Assembly (NCBI GenBank): GCA_963764715.1
Contig: CAVXTP010000010.1
Span: 160,001 to 224,000 of the forward strand
Direction of reading: 5' to 3'
Length of the DNA: 64,000 nucleotides
Origin: an uncultured Acidobacteriota bacterium
Lineage (GTDB): Bacteria > Acidobacteriota > Thermoanaerobaculia > UBA5066 > Gp7-AA6
Shown in pieces: positions 10,219 through 18,480 of the stretch. Numbering within the stretch: position 1 is the first letter of the stretch; every line of letters begins with the position of its first letter. The notes under the pieces are model-generated. The model saw nothing but the letters and a program-made list of their open reading frames with translations. It was not told the DNA's origin and did no database searches. The translations under genes and the position numbers were made by a program.

Positions 10219-10288
10219 AAGCTACCCGAGCGCCGGACGGCTGTGACCTCGGGAAATCCCGGGTATCCGGCCGCGGGAAATTGCGAGG
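10219..10288 (-). promoter_or_regulatory. Sigma70-like promoter (GTCACA-N17-TAGCTT) with upstream operator, copy 2
   Basis: Near-identical to 8773-8842 with identical -35/-10 spacing. Confidence 0.72.
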
Positions 10289-10334
10289 TCTGCGGCGGAA
10301 GGTCTCGAGAATCGGGGCCGAATGCCCGAGAGTC

Positions 10335-11042
10335 TCAGTAGTACCACTTGGCCACGAGGCCCACGGCATTCACGCCGGAGTTCTCGGGGAGGACGTCGGA
10401 CATCCGCGACACCTTCAGCTCGAATCGGAAATGCTTGTCGACCGTGACCTCCGCGCCGGCCTCGTAGAGGAAGCGGGACCAGCCGTCGTAACGCGTGTCG
10501 TAGAACGCCTCGGCGTTCAGGAAGGGAACGACCGGGTGACCCTTCACGATGAACTCACGGGTGGCTTCGAGTCGCAGCCGGTAGCGCGTCGAGTAGACCC
10601 CGTCGATCCAGCGGAAGTCGACCCGGGCTCGTCCCTCCAGCCAGACCTCCGCCGGCAGCGGGAGCTTCCCGTAGGCCGAGACGACCGCCCGGTTCTCCGT
10701 GAGGTCGCGCGTGCCGCTCGTGATCTCGAGGACGCGGGTATAGCCGATCCGCGCCCAGAAGTACCGACTCCGCTGCCAGTCCAGGCCGGCGCGCGAGGAG
10801 GACAGGATGGGCTTGATCGAGATGTCCAGGAAGGCCGAGGCGTCGAGTGTCCGGTGCTCCGTGTCGTCTTCCCTCGCATAGGACGCGTCCAGGTAGGCTC
10901 TCGTGACGGGGCCCAGGGTCAGGAAGGCGCTGGCCTCGGGCCAAAGCTCCCAGGGGTCTGCGCCCCGCGCCGTGCCGCGCAGGAGACAGGCGGCACAGGC
11001 GGCAATGGACAGGTGCCTGACCCACCGAGTGGCGTTCCCCAC
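10335..11042 (-). CDS. DUF2490-like outer-membrane beta-barrel protein
   Basis: Signal peptide; ENR, RVDFRW, RYRLRL, EAFYD; terminal WYY. Confidence 0.7.
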   Translation of the reverse strand: MGNATRWVRHLSIAACAACLLRGTARGADPWELWPEASAFLTLGPVTRAYLDASYAREDDTEHRTLDASAFLDISIKPILSSSRAGLDWQRSRYFWARIGYTRVLEITSGTRDLTENRAVVSAYGKLPLPAEVWLEGRARVDFRWIDGVYSTRYRLRLEATREFIVKGHPVVPFLNAEAFYDTRYDGWSRFLYEAGAEVTVDKHFRFELKVSRMSDVLPENSGVNAVGLVAKWYY

Positions 11043-11080
11043 GACCTCGTCCCCGGGCGATCGCAGCGCGGGCTGCGGCG

Positions 11081-11731
11081 TCAGAGCTCCACGACACCGT
11101 GCTTGATGGCGAAGTGGACGAGCTCGGCGTTGGTGTGCAGGCCCAGGGTCTCCAGAATCTGGTACTTGTGGAACTCCACGGTGCGGGCCGAGATCGCGAG
11201 GTCCGACGCGATCTCCTTCGCCGAGCGGCCTTCCGCCAGGAGATGGAGCACTTCCTTCTGACGCGGGGTCAGGGATTCGACCGGATTGACGGCCTTGTCC
11301 GGTCCCAGCTTCATGGCGCCCAGGACTTCTCCCGCCAGCTGCGGGGTGAGGTAGGTTTTTCCGTCGAGTGCGGCGCGGATCGCCGAGACCAGCTCGGTCG
11401 GAGCCGAGTGCTTGAGCACGAATCCCGATGCCCCGGCATCGAGCGCTCGGCGCGCGTAAGTCGCGTCCCGGTGCATCGTGAGGAAGACCACGGGGACGCG
11501 ATCTCCGCCCTTCCTCATCTGGACCAGGGCTTCGATACCGTTCAGGTGAGGCATCGTGACGTCGGCGACGACCACGTCCGGCCGCAGCGTTCGGGACGCC
11601 TCGACCAGCGCGCGCCCGTCTTCCACCACGCCGACCAGGTCGAACTCGGCCGCGAGCAGGCTCTTCAGCGCCTCGGCGACCAGGAGATGGTCGTCGGCGA
11701 TCAGGACGCGGGGCCGTCGGCGAAGGCTCAT
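11081..11731 (-). CDS. NarL/LuxR-family DNA-binding response regulator
   Basis: LIADDH, DVTMP, FLTMH, and LTPRQKEVL..EGRSAKEIA..ISARTVEFHK HTH. Confidence 0.93.
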   Translation of the reverse strand: MSLRRRPRVLIADDHLLVAEALKSLLAAEFDLVGVVEDGRALVEASRTLRPDVVVADVTMPHLNGIEALVQMRKGGDRVPVVFLTMHRDATYARRALDAGASGFVLKHSAPTELVSAIRAALDGKTYLTPQLAGEVLGAMKLGPDKAVNPVESLTPRQKEVLHLLAEGRSAKEIASDLAISARTVEFHKYQILETLGLHTNAELVHFAIKHGVVEL

Positions 11732-12987
11732 CGCGCCACTCCTTCCGCGGGGACCCAGGCGACGACCGAGGTGCCGTGGCCGGGCGCGCTTTCGACGTCG
11801 AGCGTGCCGTGGACGAGCTCCACCCGCTCGCGCATGCTGGCGAGGCCGAGGCTCCGTCCGTTTCCGTTTCTTGCGCGGTCGAATCCGACGCCGTCGTCGC
11901 GGACCGAGAGGAGCAGGCCCTCGTCCAACGGACGCAGGTCGAGAGTTGCGGTCCGCGCCCGAGAGTGCCGGACGACGTTGGTCAGCGCCTCCTGGGCCAC
12001 GCGGAAAAGACAGAGGGCCGCGTCGCGGGAGACGGTGGCGGGCACCGGAGCCAGTCTGGCCGAAAAGTCGACGCGCGTTCGGCGGCCAAGCCGCTCGCAT
12101 TCCGCGTTGAGCGCGGCGGCCAGGCCCAGCTCCTCCAGGACCGACGGGTGGAGCTGGTACGCGAGGGAGTGGACGTCCTCGCTCAAGGTCACGAGACTCT
12201 CGCGCACGGCGCGCATCGCGTCGGCCTGCGTGCCGGCGGGCGCGGCGAGCTCCGCCTTGCCGACGTCGATCGCCAGGACCGCCAGCCGCTGGGTCAGATC
12301 GTCGTGGAGCTCGCGCGCCAGGAGCGCGCGCTCCTTCTCCTGCGCCTGGATCAGGCGGCGGCTCAGGTTTCGGAGCTCAGCCTCGCGACCGCGCAGGGTC
12401 TGGTCGGCGCGTCTCCGGGCCAGGGCATTGCAGAAGACCTGAGCGACGAGTTGCAGCCGATTCACCAACATGTCCGGCCAGTCGCGGCACTCATGCACGG
12501 TGTTGAAGGCGAGGCAGCCGATGGGCGGCTCGCCGCCTGGCAGGAGAGGGAGGCAGAGGCACGACTTCAGGCTCATCTGGAGCGCGTTCTCGCGGTCGAC
12601 GGCCGCGTCCGCCGGCATCTCCGCGATCGCCGGAATCACCACCGTTTTGCCGGCGATGATCTGCTCGAGGACCCAGGGAAACTGATCCTGCCGCAGCGGC
12701 TCGGTCGGTCGCAGGCCCTCCTGGACCCAGTACGCGTGGGTGGGCGTGATGACCATCGGCTCCGTGTCGGACCACTGCCAGAGCACCGAGAGATCGACTC
12801 CGAGAGGCTTGCATACCCGGCCCAGTGCCTTCTCGATCTCGCCGTCCACCGCGGCGGGAGGGAGGTTGATGAATCTCGATGACAGATCGGCCAGGAGCAT
12901 CTCGAACTCGAGCCGGTCCTCCAGCCGATCCTCCAGCCGATCCGGAATGGGCACGGCATCCTCCCCGGTGGAAACGGCACTTTCCAT
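11728..12987 (-). CDS. Soluble GAF + HisKA_3 sensor histidine kinase
   Basis: ARELHDDLTQ, QEALTNVVRH, VRDDGVGF, GLASMRER, GHGT; no TM segment. Confidence 0.9.
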   Translation of the reverse strand: MESAVSTGEDAVPIPDRLEDRLEDRLEFEMLLADLSSRFINLPPAAVDGEIEKALGRVCKPLGVDLSVLWQWSDTEPMVITPTHAYWVQEGLRPTEPLRQDQFPWVLEQIIAGKTVVIPAIAEMPADAAVDRENALQMSLKSCLCLPLLPGGEPPIGCLAFNTVHECRDWPDMLVNRLQLVAQVFCNALARRRADQTLRGREAELRNLSRRLIQAQEKERALLARELHDDLTQRLAVLAIDVGKAELAAPAGTQADAMRAVRESLVTLSEDVHSLAYQLHPSVLEELGLAAALNAECERLGRRTRVDFSARLAPVPATVSRDAALCLFRVAQEALTNVVRHSRARTATLDLRPLDEGLLLSVRDDGVGFDRARNGNGRSLGLASMRERVELVHGTLDVESAPGHGTSVVAWVPAEGVAR

Positions 12988-13147
12988 GCATCGAGACTAA
13001 TCACGGCGAACCGGCGGCCGATGATGCGTTTACATCAGATCGTCGACATCGGGCGGCTGCCATTTGGATGCCGTCCGCCGCGATACGCTACAGCCCTTCG
13101 ACTACGCGAACCGCTCGACGTTGAGAGACAAGCGAGGCTGACGACCT

Positions 13148-13954
13148 ATGCGCTTCGATTCGATACCCATCTTGGCGATTTTCGCCGCAACGTTTCTTGT
13201 CGTGATGGCGGCCATCGAAGCCGGGTACAGGCTGGGGCGTTCTGCGCACCGGCGGTCCGAGGAAGTCAAGGAATCGCCGGTTTCGGCGATTGCCGGCGCC
13301 GTCCTCGGGCTCGCGGCGTTCATGCTGGCGTTCACATTCGGAATCGTCTGGGAGCTCCGGGGCACACGGAAGGAGCTGGTTCGTCAGGAAGCGGTTGCCC
13401 TCCGCGCAGCCTGGCAACGATCGGACTTTCTGCCGGAAGGCGATCGCGCCAGGGCCGCCGCTTTACTCCACCAGTACGTCGATTTGCGCGTGGCCTTCGC
13501 GGAGGCGGGCCGCCTCGAGCCGTCCGGCGTCAAGCGTTTCCTGTCCGAGACTCAGCGGCTAGAAGACGGCCTTTGGAGCATGGCCGTCGCGAATGCGCGG
13601 AAGGACATGAACTCGGACGTGGCCGCGCTGTATATCGAGTCCCTGAACGAGGTCAGCGGGATTCATGCGACGAGATTGGCCCTCGGGATGCAAGAGCGGC
13701 TTCCCAGCGAGATATGGATCGTGCTCTATGGCGTCACCATTCTCGGCATGATGGCCGTGGGCTATCAGACCGGAATCGCGGCATCCAAACGGTCCATGGG
13801 GCGGCTGAATATGGCCGCGTCCTTCGCCCTGGTGTTCGGTCTGATCGCCTCGCTCGATCGCCCCGACAGCGGCATCCTGAGCGTCAGCCAGCGCCCGTTG
13901 GCCGACCTTCGCGACGCGATGGCCGCCGCCGCCGTCCGGGCCCCGAGCGACTAG
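13148..13954 (+). CDS. DUF4239/bestrophin-like membrane protein
   Basis: LGLAAFMLAFTF, ESLNEV, LDRPDSG motifs; 4 TM segments. Confidence 0.7.
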   Translation: MRFDSIPILAIFAATFLVVMAAIEAGYRLGRSAHRRSEEVKESPVSAIAGAVLGLAAFMLAFTFGIVWELRGTRKELVRQEAVALRAAWQRSDFLPEGDRARAAALLHQYVDLRVAFAEAGRLEPSGVKRFLSETQRLEDGLWSMAVANARKDMNSDVAALYIESLNEVSGIHATRLALGMQERLPSEIWIVLYGVTILGMMAVGYQTGIAASKRSMGRLNMAASFALVFGLIASLDRPDSGILSVSQRPLADLRDAMAAAAVRAPSD

Positions 13955-14033
13955 GGCCACCTCGACACGGCCGAAGACGCCCCGGAGACCCCGAGGGAGA
14001 AGCTCGAGGCGCGCCTCGTCCGCGAGCAAGTGG
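13955..14033 (+). pseudogene. Remnant of the 3' end of an MGH1-like glucosidase paralog
   Basis: 13967-14032 encodes TAEDAPETPREKLEARLVREQV versus TAEDALETPKPMLDARLVREQV at 38597-38662 (17/22 aa, 54/66 nt by hand count). Confidence 0.7.
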
Positions 14034-14065
14034 GGGCGGTGAGCCGTCGCCGTCCCGCAACGCCA

Positions 14066-14089
14066 ACGGCCGGCCCGAAGGCCGGCCGT
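14066..14089. terminator. Hairpin between convergent genes
   Basis: ACGGCCGGCC-CGAA-GGCCGGCCGT; 10-bp stem, C(UUCG)G loop on the minus strand; no U-tract. Confidence 0.55.
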
Positions 14090-14112
14090 GGATGGACTCG
14101 AGGACCGGGAGC

Positions 14113-14877
14113 TCAGTTCGCCCAGTAAAGACCGACCAGCTTGCTCAGGAAGACCGCCATCTGTCCGCGCGTGAGCGGATTGCTCGGACAGTAGTTCCCG
14201 CCGCCGCAGCCGGCCGTGACGCCGGAGGCGACGAGGGCCTCGATGAACTGGAACTGGGGGTGTCCGGTCGGCACGTCGCCGAACGTCGCGGTCAGCGGAG
14301 CCGGGCTGACCTGGAGGTGGTAGTAGACCAGCACCCGGCGCAGCTTGTGCAGCCCGGCGTTGGTGTACAGGTTGACCTGGATGAAGTAGGCATTGTTGAG
14401 GTTGTCGACGGTGGTGTTGATGTTCGGGTTGGTGACGTACGTCCAGCCCGGAACGCCGAAGGTGTTGGCGGCGTTGACGAAGTTGGCGTTGGTCCCGGCG
14501 GCGGTGCCGACGTGGATACCGAGCCAGCTCGAAATCTCGTATGCCGGATCGTTGTCGTAAACCTCGATGGCAACGCCGTCGATGCGGGCTCCCGACGGGA
14601 GGTTGACGGGAGCGTCGAACCACCCCGACACGCCCCCGGTCCGATAGCGGGCGAAGCTCGAGACGTCGAAGTTCCACGATGTGGCCGAGTCCACCGGAGA
14701 AAAAGCGTCGACCGGGATCGACAGGACGGCCGTGTTCGGCCCGAACGAGCTCGGGGCCAACGGGGCCGTCGTCACCGACATCGGGCCGACCGGTGCATCC
14801 TGGGCGAGCGCGAGCCCGGCCACGAGCACGAGCGCCGCCGCCAATCCGATCCGCGAGAGACAACTCCGCTGCTTCAC
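14113..14877 (-). CDS. Secreted protein with C-terminal SLH-like domain
   Basis: AGGAGG RBS + GTG; signal peptide; FGDVP..GVTAGCGGGNYCP..TRGQMAVFL. Confidence 0.8.
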   Translation of the reverse strand: MKQRSCLSRIGLAAALVLVAGLALAQDAPVGPMSVTTAPLAPSSFGPNTAVLSIPVDAFSPVDSATSWNFDVSSFARYRTGGVSGWFDAPVNLPSGARIDGVAIEVYDNDPAYEISSWLGIHVGTAAGTNANFVNAANTFGVPGWTYVTNPNINTTVDNLNNAYFIQVNLYTNAGLHKLRRVLVYYHLQVSPAPLTATFGDVPTGHPQFQFIEALVASGVTAGCGGGNYCPSNPLTRGQMAVFLSKLVGLYWAN

Positions 14878-15027
14878 AATTTCCTCCTTCACTTGTCGGG
14901 AACGTTCGGAATGTAGCACGGCGAATTGCGCGGCCTCACCTCTTGTCGAGGCACCTCGGCCGACGACGTTCCGCCGGATCGATTCGATTTGGTTCGTATG
15001 CGCGGATTCGGCCGACCGAACCGTCCG

Positions 15028-15675
15028 CTAGAAGCTGACGGCGACCGAGGTGACGACCGTCGGCGTCTCCCATCCGGGGTTGAACACGTAGACGGTCAGG
15101 CTCAGGTTCTCGCGCGTGAAGCCGACGAGGAACCCGCGCTGCACGTCGAGGCCCGTTTCGTACGTCCGCGTTCGCTGCGAGACGAGCCCCACGGAGAGCC
15201 AGTCGAGGGGGGAGTAGGAAAGCTGGGCCCAGTTGTAGAAGAAGTTGTTGTCCGAGTCCTCGACGTCGACGACGTACTCGCCTTCGCTGTAGAGCTCGAA
15301 CGAGCCCAGGGAGACCGTCAATTCGTAGCCCGGGGCGACTCCCTTCGTTTCGCCGAAGACGCCTCCGGCCATGAGAGTCGCATCGAGCCGCAGCTTCTCG
15401 CCGACGCCGACGTTCCAGCCGACCCATGCGGAGCCGGTGTCGATTCCCTCGTAGTTGTAGCGGGTTTCGAGATGGAGCGACCCGCGGTCGGCCATGATCG
15501 TCGGCTGGCCGTAGTTCGTGTCCTCCGGCGGGAAGTAGCCGAACACACTGGCGTTGAACTCCCAGGCGAGCTTCTCTTCGGCGGCCGGCGGCGCGGCGAC
15601 GGCCCGTTCCTGGGCTGATACCGGGACGGGTAGCGCGGTGACGATCGCGAGCGCGAGGAGGCGAGCGGCCGTCAT
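15028..15675 (-). CDS. Putative outer-membrane beta-barrel protein
   Basis: Signal peptide; ETRYNYE, YSEGEY; terminal VAVSF. Confidence 0.65.
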   Translation of the reverse strand: MTAARLLALAIVTALPVPVSAQERAVAAPPAAEEKLAWEFNASVFGYFPPEDTNYGQPTIMADRGSLHLETRYNYEGIDTGSAWVGWNVGVGEKLRLDATLMAGGVFGETKGVAPGYELTVSLGSFELYSEGEYVVDVEDSDNNFFYNWAQLSYSPLDWLSVGLVSQRTRTYETGLDVQRGFLVGFTRENLSLTVYVFNPGWETPTVVTSVAVSF

Positions 15676-16325
15676 CCGCCGAGCGCGATCGTCAGCGCGA
15701 CGAGAACGAGGCCGACGGCGACCATGACGAGGGCCGTAAGCCACGGACGGTACCCGGAGTATTTTCCGAGCTTGTAGCCGCCGTAGAACAGCAGAGCAAT
15801 CGCCACGGCGTTGGAGACGCGCAGAGCGGGCATCGCATCGCGTATGAAGAAGAAGGGAACGACGACCGGGAAGGTCGAAAGGAAGACGAGCAGAAAGACC
15901 CCGAGGGCGCCCCGGAAATCGTCGCGCTCGAGCGATGCCCGCCGGCGAGGCTCGGGCAGGGCGAGAAGACGCTGTCGTATGGAGCCGAGTTCCTCCGGGC
16001 GCAGGACCGAGGCGACGAGCGGCGGCAGAGCCTCGGCGATCAGGGCGTTGCCCTCGTCGGGCCCGGCCGTTTCGCGCAGGCGCAGGTAGGACACGAGGAT
16101 GTGCCCGCGGCGGCTGATCGCGTTCATGAGGTAGAAGGCCGCGTCGACGATGCCCCATGCGAGATTGCAGCCGATCGCGCCGATGAGCATCGTGCGTACT
16201 TCGCTGCGGCCGCTCTCAGCCGCCGAAAGCGCGCCCGTGAAAGTGAGGACCATGATGAGGCCGAACAGGATCTCGGAGAACCGTTCGGTCGGCTCGAGGA
16301 CCCGGCGGCGCTTCTCCTCGGGCAT
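15672..16325 (-). CDS. VIT1/CCC1-like membrane protein
   Basis: SEILFGLIMVLTFT, CNLAWGIVDA, STFPVVVPF, IALGG. Confidence 0.72.
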   Translation of the reverse strand: MPEEKRRRVLEPTERFSEILFGLIMVLTFTGALSAAESGRSEVRTMLIGAIGCNLAWGIVDAAFYLMNAISRRGHILVSYLRLRETAGPDEGNALIAEALPPLVASVLRPEELGSIRQRLLALPEPRRRASLERDDFRGALGVFLLVFLSTFPVVVPFFFIRDAMPALRVSNAVAIALLFYGGYKLGKYSGYRPWLTALVMVAVGLVLVALTIALGG

Positions 16326-16351
16326 CGTGTGCTCCTTCGGCCGCCGCGGCC

Positions 16352-17437
16352 CTAGTTCGGCATCAGGTAGAGCGTCGCCGCAAAGACCGCGTAGACCGCG
16401 ATGAGCTGAACGCCCGAGTACCAGGCCGAGCTGCCGGTCGCAACGACCATGCTCACCGTCAGGGTGGTCAGGAGCACCATGAGCACCTGGCCGCCGGCGA
16501 AGGTGAGATCCATGGGCGACGGAGCGACGGCATAGCTCAGAAGGACGAGCACCGGAGCGACGAACAGAGCGATCTGGACGGAGCTTCCCATGGCGATCCC
16601 GACGGAGAGGTCGAGCCGGTTCTTGCGCGCCGCCGAGAAGGCGGCCGTCATCTCCGCCGCGGCGCCGACGAGAGAGACGACGACGAAGCCCACGAACGCC
16701 TGCGACAGGCCGAGGGACCTGGCCGCCTCCGTGACGGAGCCGACGAAGATCTCGCTGACGAGGGCGATCAACACCGTCACGGCCGCGAGCGTTCCGAGGG
16801 CGGCCGGCAGCGGCCAGGGGGTCTCGCCGTGCTCTCCGCCTTCCGTGCTCGTGAAGAACTCGCGGTGGGTCTTGAGCGAAAAGAGAAGGCTCAGGGCGTA
16901 GGTTGCGAGAAGGATGAACGAGATCGTGAGGCCGAGGGGCAACCGGAAGGAGGCCACGTTGAGCTGGTCGACGCGGGTAGTGGCCGCCGAAACGACCAGG
17001 GCGATCGTGGCGAGCAGCAGCATTCCCGCCTGGACCCGCGCGTTTCGCGGGTTGAACTCCTGCACGCGGTGCCGGAGACCTCCGAGGAGAAACGCTCCCC
17101 CGAGCATGAAGAGGCCGTTGGTCACGATCGCGCCGGCCAGCGACGCCTTGACGAGGTCGAACATGCCGGCCGAGAGCGCCGTGATGGCGATGACGAGCTC
17201 CGTCAGGTTGCCGAGCGTGGCGTTCAGGAGCCCGCCGATCGCGTCCCCGGTCTTCGCCGCGACGCTCTCGGTCGCGCGGGCGAGCAGCCCGGCGAGGGGG
17301 ACGATGGCCACGACCGAAAGGAGGAACACGAGCGTGTAGCTCTCGGGCCGTAGCTTCTCCGCGGCGAAGACCACCGGGACGAAGACGACCAGCCAGTAGA
17401 GCGGGGTCCGGCGGAAGTCCGTCAGGACGCCGCTCAT
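16352..17437 (-). CDS. cax: Calcium/proton exchanger (CAX family)
   Basis: GGLLNATLGNLTE alpha-1 and GAAAE..GSSVQIALFVAP alpha-2 repeats. Confidence 0.9.
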   Translation of the reverse strand: MSGVLTDFRRTPLYWLVVFVPVVFAAEKLRPESYTLVFLLSVVAIVPLAGLLARATESVAAKTGDAIGGLLNATLGNLTELVIAITALSAGMFDLVKASLAGAIVTNGLFMLGGAFLLGGLRHRVQEFNPRNARVQAGMLLLATIALVVSAATTRVDQLNVASFRLPLGLTISFILLATYALSLLFSLKTHREFFTSTEGGEHGETPWPLPAALGTLAAVTVLIALVSEIFVGSVTEAARSLGLSQAFVGFVVVSLVGAAAEMTAAFSAARKNRLDLSVGIAMGSSVQIALFVAPVLVLLSYAVAPSPMDLTFAGGQVLMVLLTTLTVSMVVATGSSAWYSGVQLIAVYAVFAATLYLMPN

Positions 17438-17507
17438 GGAGCCGTCCGTGCCGACCCGCCGGGGGTAGCCCCGCTCACGCTCCGCATGTCGGCTCCCTTC
17501 GACGCCG

Positions 17508-18465
17508 CTATTGCGCGTCGTCGGTGACGGTCCAGGTCTTGTCCGGGTTGTAGGCCTTGATCTTCGGGGCGAGCTTCGCCGTGTCCGGGCCGAGGTCCTT
17601 CTGGTAGACGACGCCGTCGTTGTTGACGACGAAGGTCTGGACGCCCGTGACGCCGTAGTTGGCGGGCCAGGCGATCGCGGCGAAGCCGCCGATCATCATT
17701 CCCTTGAAGACGTAGTCGCGGGCGCCCAGCCTCGCCGACGGGACCCTGGGCCGTCAGCGTGCGGAAGTAGTAGCCGTTGTACGGCTCGCTCTTCTTGGTG
17801 TAGCCGGCGGCGAGGGCCTTGGCGATCTCGTCGCCCATCGGACCCGCCGGATTGCCGGTCGTGTCTCGCCACGAGAGCCCGTCCTGGGTGCCGGGAGTGC
17901 TCACCCACTTCTGCGCGTACTGGCGAACGCCGCTGCCATCGCGCGGCTCCGAGGCGTACTCCCACTGCGCATCGACGTAGCCGCGCAGGAGCGCGATCGC
18001 GTCGAGCTCGTTGCCGCCGATGCGGCGAGCGAGAAGCTCCTGGCGCCCCATTTTCGCGTTGAAGCGCCACTTGCCGTTTTTCTCGACGATCGGAACCGGC
18101 ATCGGCCAGTCTTCGCTTCCGACGACCACGATCGCCAGCTTCGGGTCGGCGACGTCGAAGGTCACGTCCATCTTCTGGCGGGCGTGCTCGGCGAACTTCG
18201 CGAGGCTGTTCTTGTCGGCGACGGGGTCGCCGGAAGAGACGATGCCTTTGCCTTCGGCGCCGAAGATGGCGTCGACGGCCGCCATGTCGCCCGCCTCGGC
18301 CGCCTTGACCAGGGCATCGGCGGCCTGCTGCGGCGTGTCGAAGGCGCGCGGCGCCGCGGGCGGGTTGGCGGCACGGGCCGGAATGGCCCAGAACGCGCAG
18401 GCGATCGCCAGCGAAGCCGAGAGCCGAAAAGCGCGGTGAGAGTGACGCAGTTTGTTCATGTTCAT
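17508..18465 (-). CDS. DUF2950-family protein (frameshift ~17742)
   Basis: WPMPVPIV, RRIGGNE, PYNGYYF, then GFAAIAWPANYGVTGVQTF..VYQKDLG in the next frame. Confidence 0.85.
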
Positions 18466-18480
18466 TTTCGTTCCTCGCCG

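Noticed and set aside
8796-10288. 47-bp direct repeat as CRISPR repeat or att/target-site duplication
   Set aside because: Only two copies 1.4 kb apart, both at promoter positions; no cas, integrase or transposase in the window
13952-13954. Pyrrolysine or selenocysteine recoding
   Set aside because: No pyl or sel genes in the window; the downstream peptide is better explained as a glucosidase relic
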